From Mobula hypostoma (taxonomy: Eukaryota), in assembly GCF_963921235.1 (NCBI RefSeq), contig NC_086097.1, forward strand, positions 91,762,001 to 91,826,000: 64,000 bases of DNA, given 5' to 3'. This document shows, in pieces, positions 13,044-25,639 of the stretch. Position 1 is the stretch's first letter; each line of letters begins with the position of its first letter. The notes under the pieces were generated by a model. The model saw only the letters and a list, made by a program, of their open reading frames with translations. It had not been told where the DNA came from and did not search any database. A program made the translations under genes and the position numbers.

Positions 13044-13161
13044 CGCGCAATTGGGTGAAGGGAGTTAGAATGTATGTCTAGTGCACATTCTGGAGCAGAG
13101 GGTGGCGGTAATGCACCATTAAGCTGGATGCCAACCGCCGTAAAACAAGATACAGACAGAC
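11794..13161 (+). mobile_element. 5'-truncated I/Nimb-type LINE (RNase H + CCHC), relatively young
   Basis: ORF 11807-12544 is RNase H (IYMDGAKE...EMLAVLVAL...ICSDSSSVL...WVPAHVGVKGNERVDELAK). ORF 12635-12916 has TRLRLGH...CEEC..ESVEHVVLSC. 3' stem-loop GGCGGT...ACCGCC and (AGAC)n tail. Perfect 13-bp TSD AGGTCCAGCTGCT at 11781-11793 and 13162-13174. Confidence 0.9.
12982..13049. repeat. Compound (TG)n(TA)n(GC)n microsatellite
   Basis: Read directly; lies in the 3' UTR of the young I/Nimb-type copy. Confidence 0.95.
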
Positions 13162-13872
13162 AGGTCCAGCTGCTGAGGAGAATGAAGTGTCCACTGAGTA
13201 TGGCTTCCAATAGTCAGGATGCTTTGAAGGACAGTGTGAATGATTGTGCTGTCTCAGCCTTGGTTGTGCCTGGGGCTGACAAGAGCTGTGTCCCATACTG
13301 CCAGGAGTTGGAGATTTATGCTGTGGGGAAGTGCAATAAAAAGGGAATTAATAGGAGAAAGGCTGTACCATGGTGGACTGAGGATTGTGCAGAAGCAATA
13401 AGGGAGAGAGATATGGTGTTGGGGAGGTTCAGAAGTACCACACTCTGAGTGACCTTATTAAGTATAAATGTGCACAGACCACAGTGAGGAAAGTGGTGAA
13501 GGTTGTGAAAAAGATTTACTGGAGGTCATATTGTGATAGCATTGGAAGGAATATTAAATTTGGAGATATTTGGGGAATGATTAAGAAAATGGGGAGATTC
13601 ATAGGGCTAATGACATTCCAGTATTGATTAAAGAAGGTAATATAATTGTTACTGAAATAGAGAAGGTTGAGTTACTGGTAATCGTAATCAAGATAATTTA
13701 AGTGAAGAGGCAAACAATGTAGAGATAAGGCTCTAATTGAATGGCCTGATATGCTAGAGGCCAGCTGTAGCAATGACAGTATTAGTGATGTAGAGTTTTG
13801 TTTGTGTGAATTTAAGAAAGCTATTCATAATACAAGTCAGATGGCTCCCGGAAAGGATGATATACATTACTG

Positions 13873-15026
13873 CAACAAGAAGAAAATCTGCAGATACTGG
13901 AAATCCAAGCAACACACACACAATGCTGGAGCAACTCAGCAGGCCAGGCAGCACCTATGGAAAAGAGAACAGTCGATGTTTTGGGCTGAGACCCTTCAAC
14001 AGGACTGGAGAAAAAAAGATGAGGAGTCAGAATAAGAAGGTGAGTGCAGGGAAGGAAGAAACACAAGGTGGTAGGTGAAATCGGGAGGGGTGAAGTAAAG
14101 AACTGGGAAGTTGATTGGTGAAAGAGAGGGGACTAGAGGAGGAGGAATCTGATAGGAGAGGACTGAAGAAAAGGGGAGGAGCACCAGATGGAGGAGATAG
14201 GCACATAATGAGACGAGGTGAGATATGGAAATGGAAATAGGAATGGGAATGGTGAAAGGGGTGGAGGACATTACCAGAAGTTCAAGAAATCAAAGTTTAT
14301 GTCATCAGGTTAGAGGCTACCTAGATGGAATACAAGGTGTTGCTCCTCCAACCTGAGTATGCCCTCATCGTAACAGTAGAGGAGGCCACGGACTGGCATG
14401 TCAAAATGGGAAATGGAATTAAAATGGGTGGCTACTGGGAGATCCGCTTTTTCTGGACTACGGAGCGTAAGTGCTTGGCGATTCGGTCTCCCAATCTATG
14501 ACGGGTTTCACCAATATACAGGAGGCCAGACTCAGAGCACCGGATACAGTACACCAACACACTCAGAGGTGAAGAGTCACCTGACGTGGAATACTGTTTG
14601 GGGCCCTGAATGGTAGTGAGGGAGGAGGTGTAGGGGAAGGTGTAGCACTTGTTCTGCTTGCAAGGATAAGTGCCAGGAGGGAGATCAGTGGGGAGGGACA
14701 AAAGAACATGGGAGTCGCACATAGAGTGATCCCTGTAAGAAGTGGGGGGGAGGGGGAAGAAGATGTGTTTGGTGGTGCGATCTTGTTGGAGATGGCAGAA
14801 GCTCCAACCCTCCCCCTCCTGTCTTCTCCTATCATTTTGGATCTCCCCCTCCCCCTTTCAAATCTCTTACTAACTCTTCCTTCAGTTAGTCCTGACGAAG
14901 GGTCTCAGCCTGAAACGTCGACTGTACCTCTTCCTACAGATGCTGCCTGGCCTGCTGCGTTCACCAGCAACTTTTATGTGTGTTGCTTAAATTTCCAGCA
15001 TCTGCAGAATTCCTGTTGTTTGCGTG
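13873..15026 (-). mobile_element. Penelope-like element 3' part (GIY-YIG) with inverted partial pseudo-LTR
   Basis: ORF 14432-14722: LVYCIRCSESGLLYIGETRHRLGDRIAKHLRSV (GIY-YIG). Minus-strand body 13873-~14802, then a plus-strand copy of the same terminal repeat ~14803-15026. Confidence 0.85.
14888..14923 (+). ncRNA. Minimal type I hammerhead ribozyme (Penelope-associated)
   Basis: AGUC-CUGACGA-AGG GUCUCAG CCU-GAAA-C-GUC^GACU. Stem I AGUC/GACU; intact core; loopless palindromic ACGU in place of stem III. Confidence 0.75.
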
Positions 15027-18000
15027 TTATGGATGGATGGATGGTCTTTTGATTAAATTATGGAAATTAGGAGTGAGAAGGCGGCTATATAATTTGAGTA
15101 TTTTTTTATTTGGACGGTCAATGCAGGTAAGGTATGTCCGAGCTTCTATGAGATAGAGAATGGGACCCCACAAGACAGTATTTGTGGCCCTTTATTGTGC
15201 AATATTATGATTAATATTTTCTGAGATAGATACTGAGGTAGGTAAATCACCTTTTGTGGATAATAGAACTTTATGGATCAGAGATAGAAATTTCAATTTA
15301 ACTGTATATAGGAGGCAATCAGAGGTTAATAAGGTTGGACAGTGGGCAAATAAATGGGGTTTTAAGCTTTCAGTAACTAAAACACAAGTTACGTGTTATA
15401 CAGGGGATCAATAGACCTGCACTTGATTTGAAATTATATGGTCAAACTCTTGAAGTGTCATTGGTAAGATTTCTCAGCATGTGGCTGGATAATAAGCACC
15501 ATATCAGTAAAATAATTGATAAATGTAAAGAGCATTAAATATCCTCAGGTGTCTTTGTGGGTATTCTTGGGGTGCTACACAAAAATCTGACTATTTATAT
15601 TTGTTTAATTAGATCTGCACTTTATTATGGCTATGTAGCCTATGGATCAGCTTCATCATCAAATTTAAAACATCTGGATGTGATACAAGCGCAGGCTTTA
15701 AGACTGTATTGTGGTGCAGAAAGGTGGTCTCCCTTTCCGGCTTTACAGGTTGAAATGGGACAATTTACCCGTACAGTTGCAGAGGTTGAAGCTGATGTTA
15801 ACAAATTGGATTAATCTGAGGGGGCAGAGCAATGACCACCCTGTTAAAAGTGTGTTGGAGGATTGTCAGGAACACCACAAGAAGAATGTTCTTAGTTTTA
15901 GGTGGCTGGGCTCTTATCACACTGAGGTTTGCTGGATTATGCAATATGTCTCATTGTAGCTTTTATGGTAACCCCACCCTGTTTTTTTCCAATGACTTTA
16001 GTTGATTTTAGGTTGCATGATTTAATGAAGTCCAAGGCTCCTGATCTGCCTGAGAGTCTGTTGGTTCATCAATATCTTAAGAAAAATTATTATGATTTAA
16101 CAATTTTTAATAATGGATCAAAAGATAATTTAACTAGGAATGTTGGTGTGGCTGTTTTGTGCCTGAATTACAGGTAACAAAAATGTCTTACTCACCATTT
16201 ATCAGTATCCACAACCGAATTGGTTATCATCATCATTTTGGGCTAATAGTGGGTAGAAGAAATTTGTCCTCGCAAAGTTGTAATTTGTTCAGATTCTTTT
16301 TTGGTTTTGATTAGTCTTAAACAGGTTATTTTAGCAGAAGGTCAGATTTACTGCTGGAAGCTCTTCAAACTTTATTTCATATTCAAAGTATTGGTTTACA
16401 TACCTGCTTCTTGTGGGTCCCTGCACATAGAAGTGTTGAGGGTAATAAGTGGGTTGACTGTTTGGCCTAAAAGGCTGTTCAACTGTGGATACAGACATTC
16501 CACTTAGCAAATCAACAGCTAAGGGGCTGGTGGGGCTAAGAATTAGGGGATTATAGCAAGACTTGTGGGATAATGGGCATAAATGGGAAACAATTTTACA
16601 GAATAAAACAAGAAGGGAAGGAAGTGTATTGACTCAACTCAGAATCTGGCATACTATGCGTAGTTATTCCTTGTACCTTATTGGAAAACATTACTCTGGA
16701 GTGTGTAGGTTTTGTCATTATGAAACAGTTGAACACTTCTTTTACACTGTGAAGCATACAAGGCTGAAAGAAAGCAATGCAGGCTGCACTACTATCTTTG
16801 GGAGGTTGATAGTTTTTAAATGAAAACTAAGTTATGGAAGTGATTTTAATTTAATTCACAGTACAGTCTTTCATTACTTACAATCTATAGGGCTTTAGAG
16901 GTAATTTCATTTTCATTTCAAAAATAGCTAGCAGGAGTTTTATTTCCCAACACTCTACACCACACTCCAGCCCAGTTGGTGGTGGTAATGCAACTTTACG
17001 CTGGGAAGGAGGAGGAAACATCTTCTGGTGAGTCAGTATCCAGGCAAAAACTACACCATGAAGACAAAAGAACACTCCAAGCAACTCTACAAAAAGGGTA
17101 TTGAAAATTACATATCAAGAGATGGCTATGAGAAAATTTCCAAGTCCCTGAATATCCCTTGGAGTACAATTGCGTCAATCAACAAGTAATAGAAAATAAT
17201 ATGGCACAGCTGTAAAGCTACCTCGAGCCATCCTCAAAAACTGACCATGCTAGAAGGGGACTAGTGAGGGAGGCCACCGAGAGACCTATGACAGCTCTAG
17301 AAGAGTTGCAAGCTTCACTGGGTGAGATGCGAGAGACCATGCCTACAATAACCGTTGCCCGGGTACTTCACCATTCACAGCTTTATGGGCGAGTAGCCAA
17401 GAGAAAGCCACTTTTGGGGGGGGGGAAAAAAAACTCACATGAAATCTCGACCAGAAGGCATGTGGGAGACACTGAAGTCAGCAGGAGCAAGGTTCTATGG
17501 TCTGATAAAACCAAAATTGAGCTTTTTGGCCATCAAACTAAATCTATGTCTGGCATAAGCCAAACACCACACATCACCAAAAAACACACCATCCCTACCA
17601 TAAAGCATGGTGGAGGCTGTATTCTGCTGTGGGGGGGGGGGGGGGGGGAATGCTTCACTGCAGAAAGCCCTGGAAGGCTTGTGAAGGTAAAGGGTAAAAT
17701 GAATGCAGCAAAATACAAGGAAACCCTGGAGGAAAACCTGATGCAGTCTGAAAGAGAAGATTTGTTTTCTAGTAAGACGATACCCCAAGCATAAAGCCAG
17801 AGCTACACAGTAATGGCTTAAAACAACAAAGTTAATGTCCTGGAGCTTGAGGAGCCACATTTTGCCTTCTTACTAGGCACTAGGCATGTGAGTCTCTGGA
17901 CTCAATGTTGGGCTAGATCGTGCTGTTGGCCAACTGGGAATTCCATACAGAATGCAAAGGTCCAGTGGGGACAGGCTGTGGATTGTACCACCCAAGGGAA

Positions 18001-18699
18001 TGGTGAAGACACTTGGAGGCAAAGTAGCATCTGGATACATGCTTGAAACTCCAAAGGTATCGAAGGTGACGAACAAAATGTTTCTAAATGAGATGTTCAG
18101 ATGAATACTTATTACAGACATGGTGGGCCAAAGAGGCAATTTCTCTACTGAATGTCTGATTCCATCATATCATAGACCTTTCCCTTTTGATCTCTCCATC
18201 TCTTCTCCCTTTTTATGGAACTTACAACTTATTTCTAACTTATAAGATTATGATTTTTTCAGAAATGTTTGCACACTCTATCCCACAAGTGCTTTCTGAC
18301 CTGGAAAGTACCTGGAAAGCTATTACACACGCATATTAGTGAGCAGAGTCATTTACCTTCGTATCTTTATTGAATTATTTCTAAATTAACCAATCTAAGA
18401 TGCATGTTTAGAGTATCACCAAACACTTCAACTATCAAACAGTCTAATTTTAAATATTTGCCATCAGTATGCTAACACAGATGTTTTACTCAGATTAGTA
18501 GTGTCTAGGTGAAAGTAGTTTATGCAGGTTTGATTCCAACTTCTCAAATTTTGTATAAATACATGGATGAGAGGGATATGGAGTGCTATGGTGCAGATGC
18601 AGGTCGATGGGACTAGGAAGAATAACAGACATGGACTAGATGGGCTGAAGGTCTAGTTTCTATTCTGTAGTATTCTGTGACTCTCAAGTTCAAGTCTCT

Positions 18700-21185
18700 C
18701 TCCAGAGACCTGAGCACAATATGGTGCAGGAAATACAGGGTTGTAGTTATCGGTGATTTCAACTTCTGTCATATTGACTGGTACCTCCTGACTGCAACGG
18801 GGATAGATGAGGCTGGATTTGTCAGGTGTGTTCAAGAAGGATTCCTGACACAGTATGTAGACCAGCCGATGAGAGGAGAGGCTGTACTGGATCTAGTTCT
18901 GGCTAATGAACCTGGTCAGGTGGCAGACCTCTTGGTGGGGGAGCATTTTGGTGATAGTGACCACAACTCCCTTAGCTTCAGCATAGCTATGGAAAAGGAT
19001 AAAAACAGACAAAATGGGAAAGTGCTTAACTGGGGAAGAGCTAACTATGAAGGGATGAGGCAGGAACTAGCAAGAGTAAATTGGAAACAGTTGCTCAAGG
19101 TGAAAGCACAGAAGTAATGTGGAGGAAGTTTACAGGCCACTTGTGCTGGGTCAGGATAGGTTTGTCCCACTGAGACAAGGAAAAAATGGAACTGTGGTTG
19201 ACGAAACATGTGACGCAACTCGTCAAGAGGAAGAAGGGAGCATATGTTAGATATAAGAAGCAGGAAGTAAGGGGGGCTCATGAGAAATATAGGGTAGCCA
19301 GGAAGGAGCTTAAAGGACTTAGGAGAGCTCGAAGGGGGCATGAGAAGGCCTTGGCATGTAGGATTAAGGAGAACCCCAAGGCGTTCTATGCGTATGTGAA
19401 GAACAGAAGGATGATAAGAATGAAGGTGGGGCTGCTAAAGGATAAAGAAGGCAACATGTGCCTGGAGACAGAGGAGGTTGGGGAGGTCCTAAATGAATAC
19501 TTTGCTTCAGTATTCTCAAGTAAAAAGGACCTTGATCAGGGTGTGGTCAAAATAGAACAGGCCTGTGTGCTGGACAATGTGGAGATTAAGGAAGAAGTAG
19601 TGTTGGATCTTCTTAAAAACATCCAGGGCCGGATGTGATATACTCCAGGTTGCTGTGGGAAGTGACAGAAGAGATCACTGGAGCAGTAGCTATGATCTTT
19701 GAATCCTCTCTGGCTGTAGCGGAGGTGCCGGAGGATTGGAGAATGACAAATGTAGTTCCCTTGTTTTAAAAAGGGTAATAGGGAGAATCCTAGGTACAGA
19801 CTGGTGAGTTTTAATTCGGTGGTCTGCAAACTACTGGAAAGGATTCTTAAGAATAGGATCTATGAGCATTTGGAGAAGTACAGTCTACTCAAGGATAGTC
19901 AACCTGGCTTTGTGAAGGGAAGGTCGTGCCCCATGGGCCTAATTGAGTTTTTTGAAGAGGTAACAAAAAAAAAAATCGATGAGGGTAGGGTGGTAGATGT
20001 GGTCTACATGGATTTTAGCAAGGCATTTGACAAGGTCCCCCATGACAGACTCATCCGGAAAATCATGAGGCATGGGATCAGTGGAACCTTGGCTGTTTGG
20101 ATTAAAAAAAAAATTGGCTTAAAGGAAGAAAGCAGAAGGTAGTAGCGGAAGGAAATATTCTGCCTGGAGGTCGGTGACTAGTGGAGTACCACAAGGATCT
20201 GTCCTGGGACCCCTGCTCTTTGTGATTTTTATAAATGACCTGGATGAAGAGGCGGAAGGATGGGTGAGTAAGTTTGTGGACGACACGAAGATTGGAGGAA
20301 TTGTGGATGGAGCTGTAGGTCGTCGAAGGTTACAAGAAGATATAGACAGGATACAGAGTTGGGCAGAAAAGTGGCAGATGGAGTTCAATCTGGATAAGTG
20401 TGAGGTGATGCATTTTGGAAGGACAAACCAGAAGGCTAAGTACAGGGTTAATGGTTGGTTACTTAGAATGTGGACGAACAGAGGGACCTTGGGGTTCAAA
20501 TCCATACATCCCTCAAGGTCGCTGCACAGGTTGATAGGATAGTTAAGAAGGCCTATGAGATGCTAGGCTTCATTTATAGCGGGATTGAGTTCAGGAGTAG
20601 AGAGATCATGTTGCAACTCTACAAATCTCTGGTGAGACCACACTTAGAGTATTGTGTTCAGTTCTGGTCACCTCATTATAGAAAGGATGTGGAAGCTATG
20701 GAGAGGGTGCGGAGGAGATTTACCAGGATGTTGCCTGGATTGGAAAACAAGTCTTATGAGACAAGGTTAGCAGAGCTGGGACTTTTCTCTTTGGAGCATA
20801 GAAGGATAAGAGGGGACTTGATAGAGGTCTGCAAGATTATGAGAGGCATTGATAGGGTGGATAGCCAGTACCTGTTTCCCAAGGCATGAATAGCAAACAC
20901 CAGAGGGCGTGTGTACAAAGTTAAGGGAGGGAAGTTTAGGGGAGACATCAGGGGTATGTTTTTTTTAAACAGTGTTGTGGGTGCCTGGAATGACTTGCTA
21001 GGGGTGGTGGTGGAGGTTAAAACATTAGGGGTATTTAACAGCCTCTTGGACAGGTACATGAATGAAAGAAAAATAGAGGGTTACAGGGTAGTGTGGGTTT
21101 AGTACATTTTTTTTTAAGGAATATGGGTCAGTACAACATCGAGGGCCGAAGGGCCTGTACTGCGCTGTAGTATTCTAGTGTCTAG
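18700..21185 (+). mobile_element. CR1-like LINE ORF2 (APE C-terminus + RT), frameshifted, with 3' tail
   Basis: VVVIGDFNF...LDLVLANE...GDSDHN; VDVVYMDFSKAFDKVPH; TSGVPQGSVLGPLLF...FVDDTK; LVRPHLEYCVQFWSP; tail TCTAGTGTCTAGTGTCT. Confidence 0.92.
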
Positions 21186-21877
21186 TGTCTTCTAATATCT
21201 GGATTCTGAATTATCTTTTCAATACACGATCAAACAGAAGCTCTAACTACTCAGGGATGGATGTGAATGACCCCACAGCATTATTCTTAACTAATATTTA
21301 CCATTTTAGTCACAATTTATTCTATTGTCATGATTGTGGGGTTTTATTAGAAGCATCCCAGCAATGCATTTCCCATACTACAATTGTGATTATTTTAAAA
21401 GTATATTGGTTGTAAGTACATTATGCTTTATTAAAGTAACACATATATGCATCTTTCTTAAATAATTTACATTTTAATCAAAATTTGTGAATTATTTGTA
21501 GTAATAATAATGCTTCCTTATAGCATAAAATAACTTTGGATGCAGTCTCCAAAACATATGATTTTTTGGATTCTGAAAATCAACACACGACATCTAAAAG
21601 CATAGATAACAATATTTGAGAAGGTGGAGCAGTCAGGGAATTAGATGCACAGATCAATACTTGCTTATCAGCTAAATCAAATCAATCTTCTGACTTCAAT
21701 TTGTCCTCCCAGAACATTGCAGTGTTGATTTGCTTCACAAATATGCTTTTTTTAAAAAAGCACAGCAGAAGATACAAATCTCCAGCTTGCATTGAACTAA
21801 ACTTGCATTAAATTTTTAGCTGTAAGGTAGGTTGACTGCATGTTCAGCCATTAAATATCATTGTAGGATAGATTCTA

Positions 21878-22170
21878 ATAACACACAAAATGCTGGAGGA
21901 ACTCAGCAGGTCAGACAGCATCCATGGAAATGAATAACCAGTCCACATTTCAGGCCGAGAATTTTCTTCAGGACAGGGGAGGAAGGGGGAAAGATGCCAG
22001 AAGAAAAAGGTCTGGGGATAGCTAGAAGGTGATAGGTGAAGCCAGGTGGATTGGAAAGGTAATGGGCCTGAGAGGAAGGAATCTGATAAGAGAGGAGGAG
22101 GAGCAACAGGGGCAGGGGAAAATATTTTACTAGAACGAGAAATCGATATTCATGTCATCAGATTCTAATA
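21878..22170 (-). mobile_element. Penelope-like pseudo-LTR fragment (decayed hammerhead)
   Basis: ACACAAAATGCTGGAGGAACTCAGCAGGTCAGACAGCATC... matches 13915-14160. Confidence 0.75.
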
Positions 22171-23504
22171 GCATAGATGGCAGATGTTTCAATCCTGCAT
22201 GAGTTTCTCCATTTTCAATGAATATCCACATATCTTCATTGGAACAAAAAACCTGAGAAAGCAGCTTGAAATGATAGAAGCAAACATGCATATTGAAATA
22301 GACTTGTAGGAATAAATGGAATACCTTTGCCAGCAATTTGCCAACCCACAGACACCTGTTAGAAGACAACAGACAGCTGGATGGTAAGGAAAGGTTTAGA
22401 AGGATAAGGGCCACACACTGAAAATCGGCACTAGCTTGGAGGGTCATCGTGGTCAGCATAAACCAGTTGGGCCAAAGGGACTGTTTCCACTCCATGGCAT
22501 GCTGACCATATGTGCAGCTTTTACTTACCTTTCAAAGATTAATGCAAGCTGGAGACCAGAATGATTCAGCCATAGAAATGAAGACTACTTCACAAATAAT
22601 TCACAGCTGACAAAAGCAATGTCACCATCCATAGTCAGGGACATGTGTGGAAAATATATATAGATGCTATTTTGGTTGTATTCAGTGAGTCAACCAGTTA
22701 ACATGACATGAATGCTCCAGAACCAGACTAAAATATCTTTGGGGAATTACGTGGATGGAGCACCAGCTCAAAAGGCTGCACATCAGAAAAAAATCCAGGC
22801 CGGATATGAAAGTGAAAGGGCCATCAGAGATTAGAATCAGTCCATAATGTTCAGCAGCGCCTCTCATCATTGCATAAAAAATTAATTATCTTCTCCATTT
22901 TGCATTCTCTAACAAGGTGTGTCACATCTGTTCCAAAATGGAAATAATCCCTAATCAATAGACTAGAAAGATAATGAGTTCAGTATTGAGACAGGAGGAG
23001 CATAACATTGTTCAGAACAGTTTAGCTATAGCAGTTAAATGATAAACCAAGCAGAAATGACTGAGATTTTTTTTTCTTTGAACTAGCAGATAATACAATA
23101 GTTTCCTCTAGACAATATTCCTAGATATTCAGTCTGAATGTTGAAGCAGATGAAGTATTTTTTTCACTTCCAACATGCAACACGTCTAGTGCACCCATTA
23201 ATGTGTTTCACAATTATAGCTATTTTAAATAAACTTTAATAATTATGAGCAAGCAAATTTATGTAATGATACCAAATGTAATTTAAGAAATCAAGGTATA
23301 ATTCTCTTGACTGTCAAATTTGGCATGTCATGGATATTAAGGTTCAAGCTGGACGTTTAACAAAATGCTAGTTCCAAAACTGCAGTAGACGAGTCCTTAA
23401 TATGACCTCACCTCCACTCAAAATGTGTAGTGGTCACTTTAACTAACACTTCCGTAGGCAAATGCATCTGCAACACAAACCACTGAGGCAAAGAAAGTTT
23501 ACCC

Positions 23505-23766
23505 TTTATGTTTCGTAATTCCAAAACATAAAATTAATTGAAAGAAAAAACACAGAGCCAGGATAACTAGTGTACATTATTAGTTTTACTTTTAGTGAGG
23601 TGAACGCCTATTAGTTGGAGCCATTATGACGTATGCCATTCTCGTACTTTTATATATAACCCGCAGCGCATTATGTAAATAACAAAGAATACTTAATCAA
23701 ACAATATTTACAATATTATTCAAATATTACTGAAATATCAAATACACAACACTCCTCACTGCTTAG
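23505..23766 (-). mobile_element. Gypsy-like LTR with upstream polypurine tract
   Basis: Minus strand: CTAAGCAGTGAGGAG (PPT-like) then TGTTGTGTATTTG..., TATA-like TATATATAAAA, ending ...GGAATTACGAAACATAA (~250 bp). Confidence 0.6.
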
Positions 23767-24069
23767 CTATGAAGTCCAATTCAATTAAGATGTATCTCTA
23801 CCAGAGGAGGCATAAGGTATTCCTTCTCTCCAGTAGCCTGATAAAGATAGATAATCTATAAATTATTTTGAGAATATGCACATCACAAACTTGAGATTTC
23901 TCATGGATGGTGTCTTAAAAGTAGCATAGAGCACAATACTGCAAACTTTTATCAACTCAAACAAGTAATTCTCTTGCTGCAGCTTCAAGATCTCTTGAAA
24001 TATGCTGCTTCCTGTCAACGTGGTACAGAGCTAGGGTCTCTATCAAGGATGTGGATCAGACTTACTTAT

Positions 24070-24900
24070 TTGTTTTTTTTCTAGCTTTCTAGAGATGGTT
24101 TACAGGACAGAGAGGGGATTTAGGGGTCAGGTTAGGGTTTAGGGATAGACTTGGAGGAGTTACAGGTCATGCTGGACCCTAGGCCTCCACTTGGCTTTTG
24201 AAGGCCAGTGATGACATGGACAAAGGTCATCCATGGACAGCTGTTGGGCTGGTGAGCATTGTTGACAAAGACCAGTGAAGACGAGGGCCCGTGACCTCCC
24301 CTCCCCCACATCCCTCCAGTCAGCAAGACCCCATGGGATCAGATGCCCATGCAGGCAAGAAGCACAAGGGCCAGCGACCCCCAAGGCACACAAACTGGCA
24401 AGTCCAAAGTTTAAGGCCTGAAGTTTAGGGTGTCATCATTGACGAGTCTGGAGTTCGAGGTCATGCCATCACTGAGTCCTAGGGCTGATACTGAAGATTG
24501 AAGTCTGAAGGTCAAGTGGAAGTCTGATAGTCTAGAGGTCAAGCCCCAAAGGCCGAAAGCTTGGGTCAGCAAATCCACTGCGAATTTGGAGGCCATGCGA
24601 GTCCACTGGAGAAGTCGGAGACCTGATGTCTTTGAGTCCTTAGTACAATGGAGGCTGGGGGCTCGGAGCACTGTCTGGTTTCGAGTGCGTGGGTGGGTGA
24701 ATGGAAGGGAAGAAACAGGCTTGCTTTGTTACTGTGGTTCTTCTGAACATTATGAACATGCTATGTTGGCACTGGAATGTGTGGTGACACTTGCAGGCTA
24801 CATCCAGCACATCATTAGGTTTTGTTGATTATTAATGCAAATGATGCATTTCACTGTATGTTTCAATATATATGTGAAAAATAAACGAATCTGAATTCTC
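24070..24900 (+). mobile_element. Non-coding SINE-like element with LINE-type tail
   Basis: GC-richer body with repeated AAGTC/GAGTC/AGGCC motifs. Ends TTTCACTGTATGTTTCAATATATATGTGAAAAATAAACGAATCTGAATTCT. Confidence 0.45.
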
Positions 24901-25639
24901 TTAATCTACCTGCTTGGTGCCACTTAGGGTGAATAATGCAATCAACATGTTGGCATAATTCACCTCGAGTGCACCAAACATTATGTTCTTTCTCACTCAG
25001 CCAACCATAAAATAATGAAGATATTTGCATTATTGCTTTCAAATCTGCTTAACTAAGAGGGAAATAGAAACATGAAGTAAAATGGAGATATCTGAATGGA
25101 CAACTCAGAAAGCATTTTTTCTGTTTACCATAGAAACAGATTTAATTGGTCGTCACAAGTTATACAAAAGAAACTTCAGTCACAGCACCTGTTCTCTGGA
25201 GAAGAACATTGAGTTCTGAAGAAACTCTTTGAATAGGTGAATTTGGGCAGAGCAATGAAGGAAACAGCATTCAGTAGAAATATAGAATTTCTGCTTATAA
25301 GGCTACATCTACAGTATACTTAGTAAAGGCTTGAGTGAGAGGCAGTGCAAGATTGGGGCTCCAGTTTGACAATAGAGAAGCACAATAGTGTTGAAGAATT
25401 AAATAAATAGCCCAGAAAAAAGATTGTGTATAAATTGCCTGTGCTTGGATCTGCATTCTTATTCTAATATTTTTTGTATTATGTATCAGCCTCAGTAATA
25501 CTCCCACTCAAATTTGGAGATTGTGAGCTCAAATTGACCTCAACATATTTTGAAAACTTTAATTTTCACCAAAAATATTCAATTACAGCTCAGAATCACA
25601 AAAATATCAAAAAGTTCGCAAGAAAGCTTGTGGTAGCTA

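Larger units (their letters stand above)
13176..17018 (+). mobile_element. Older I/Nimb-type LINE (linker, RT, RNase H remnants), interrupted by a Penelope-like element
   Basis: KAVPWWTEDCAEAIRERD; APGKDDIHY; LIRSALYYGYVAYGSAS; IFNNGSKD; LTQLRIWH..CRFCHYETVEH. The 3' motif GGTGGTAATGCA is shared with the young copy. Degenerate TSD CAGCTGCTG (13167-13175) / CATCTTCTG (17019-17027). The first ~160 bp are of uncertain origin. Confidence 0.8.
11436..17850 (+). mobile_element. Tc1-like transposon, split by LINE insertions, right end missing
   Basis: TA + CAGTGCCTATAAAAAATATTTAC left TIR with an inner direct repeat (AAGTATTCACCTCC, ~11634). Left part 11436-11793; resumes at ~17019. ATG at 17058: MKTKEHSKQL...GYEKISKSLNIPWST...LYGRVAKRKPLL...VLWSDKTKIELFG...PTIKHGGGCILLW. 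Frameshifted and truncated near NVLE. Confidence 0.9.

Noticed and set aside
17410..17650. G homopolymer runs in the Tc1 ORF as G-quadruplex elements
   Set aside because: Most likely slippage expansions or sequencing artefacts in a dead transposase.
22520..22620. Perfect minus-strand donor AAG|GTAAGT
   Set aside because: The longer candidate exon has stops in all frames, and one such 8-mer is expected by chance in 64 kb.
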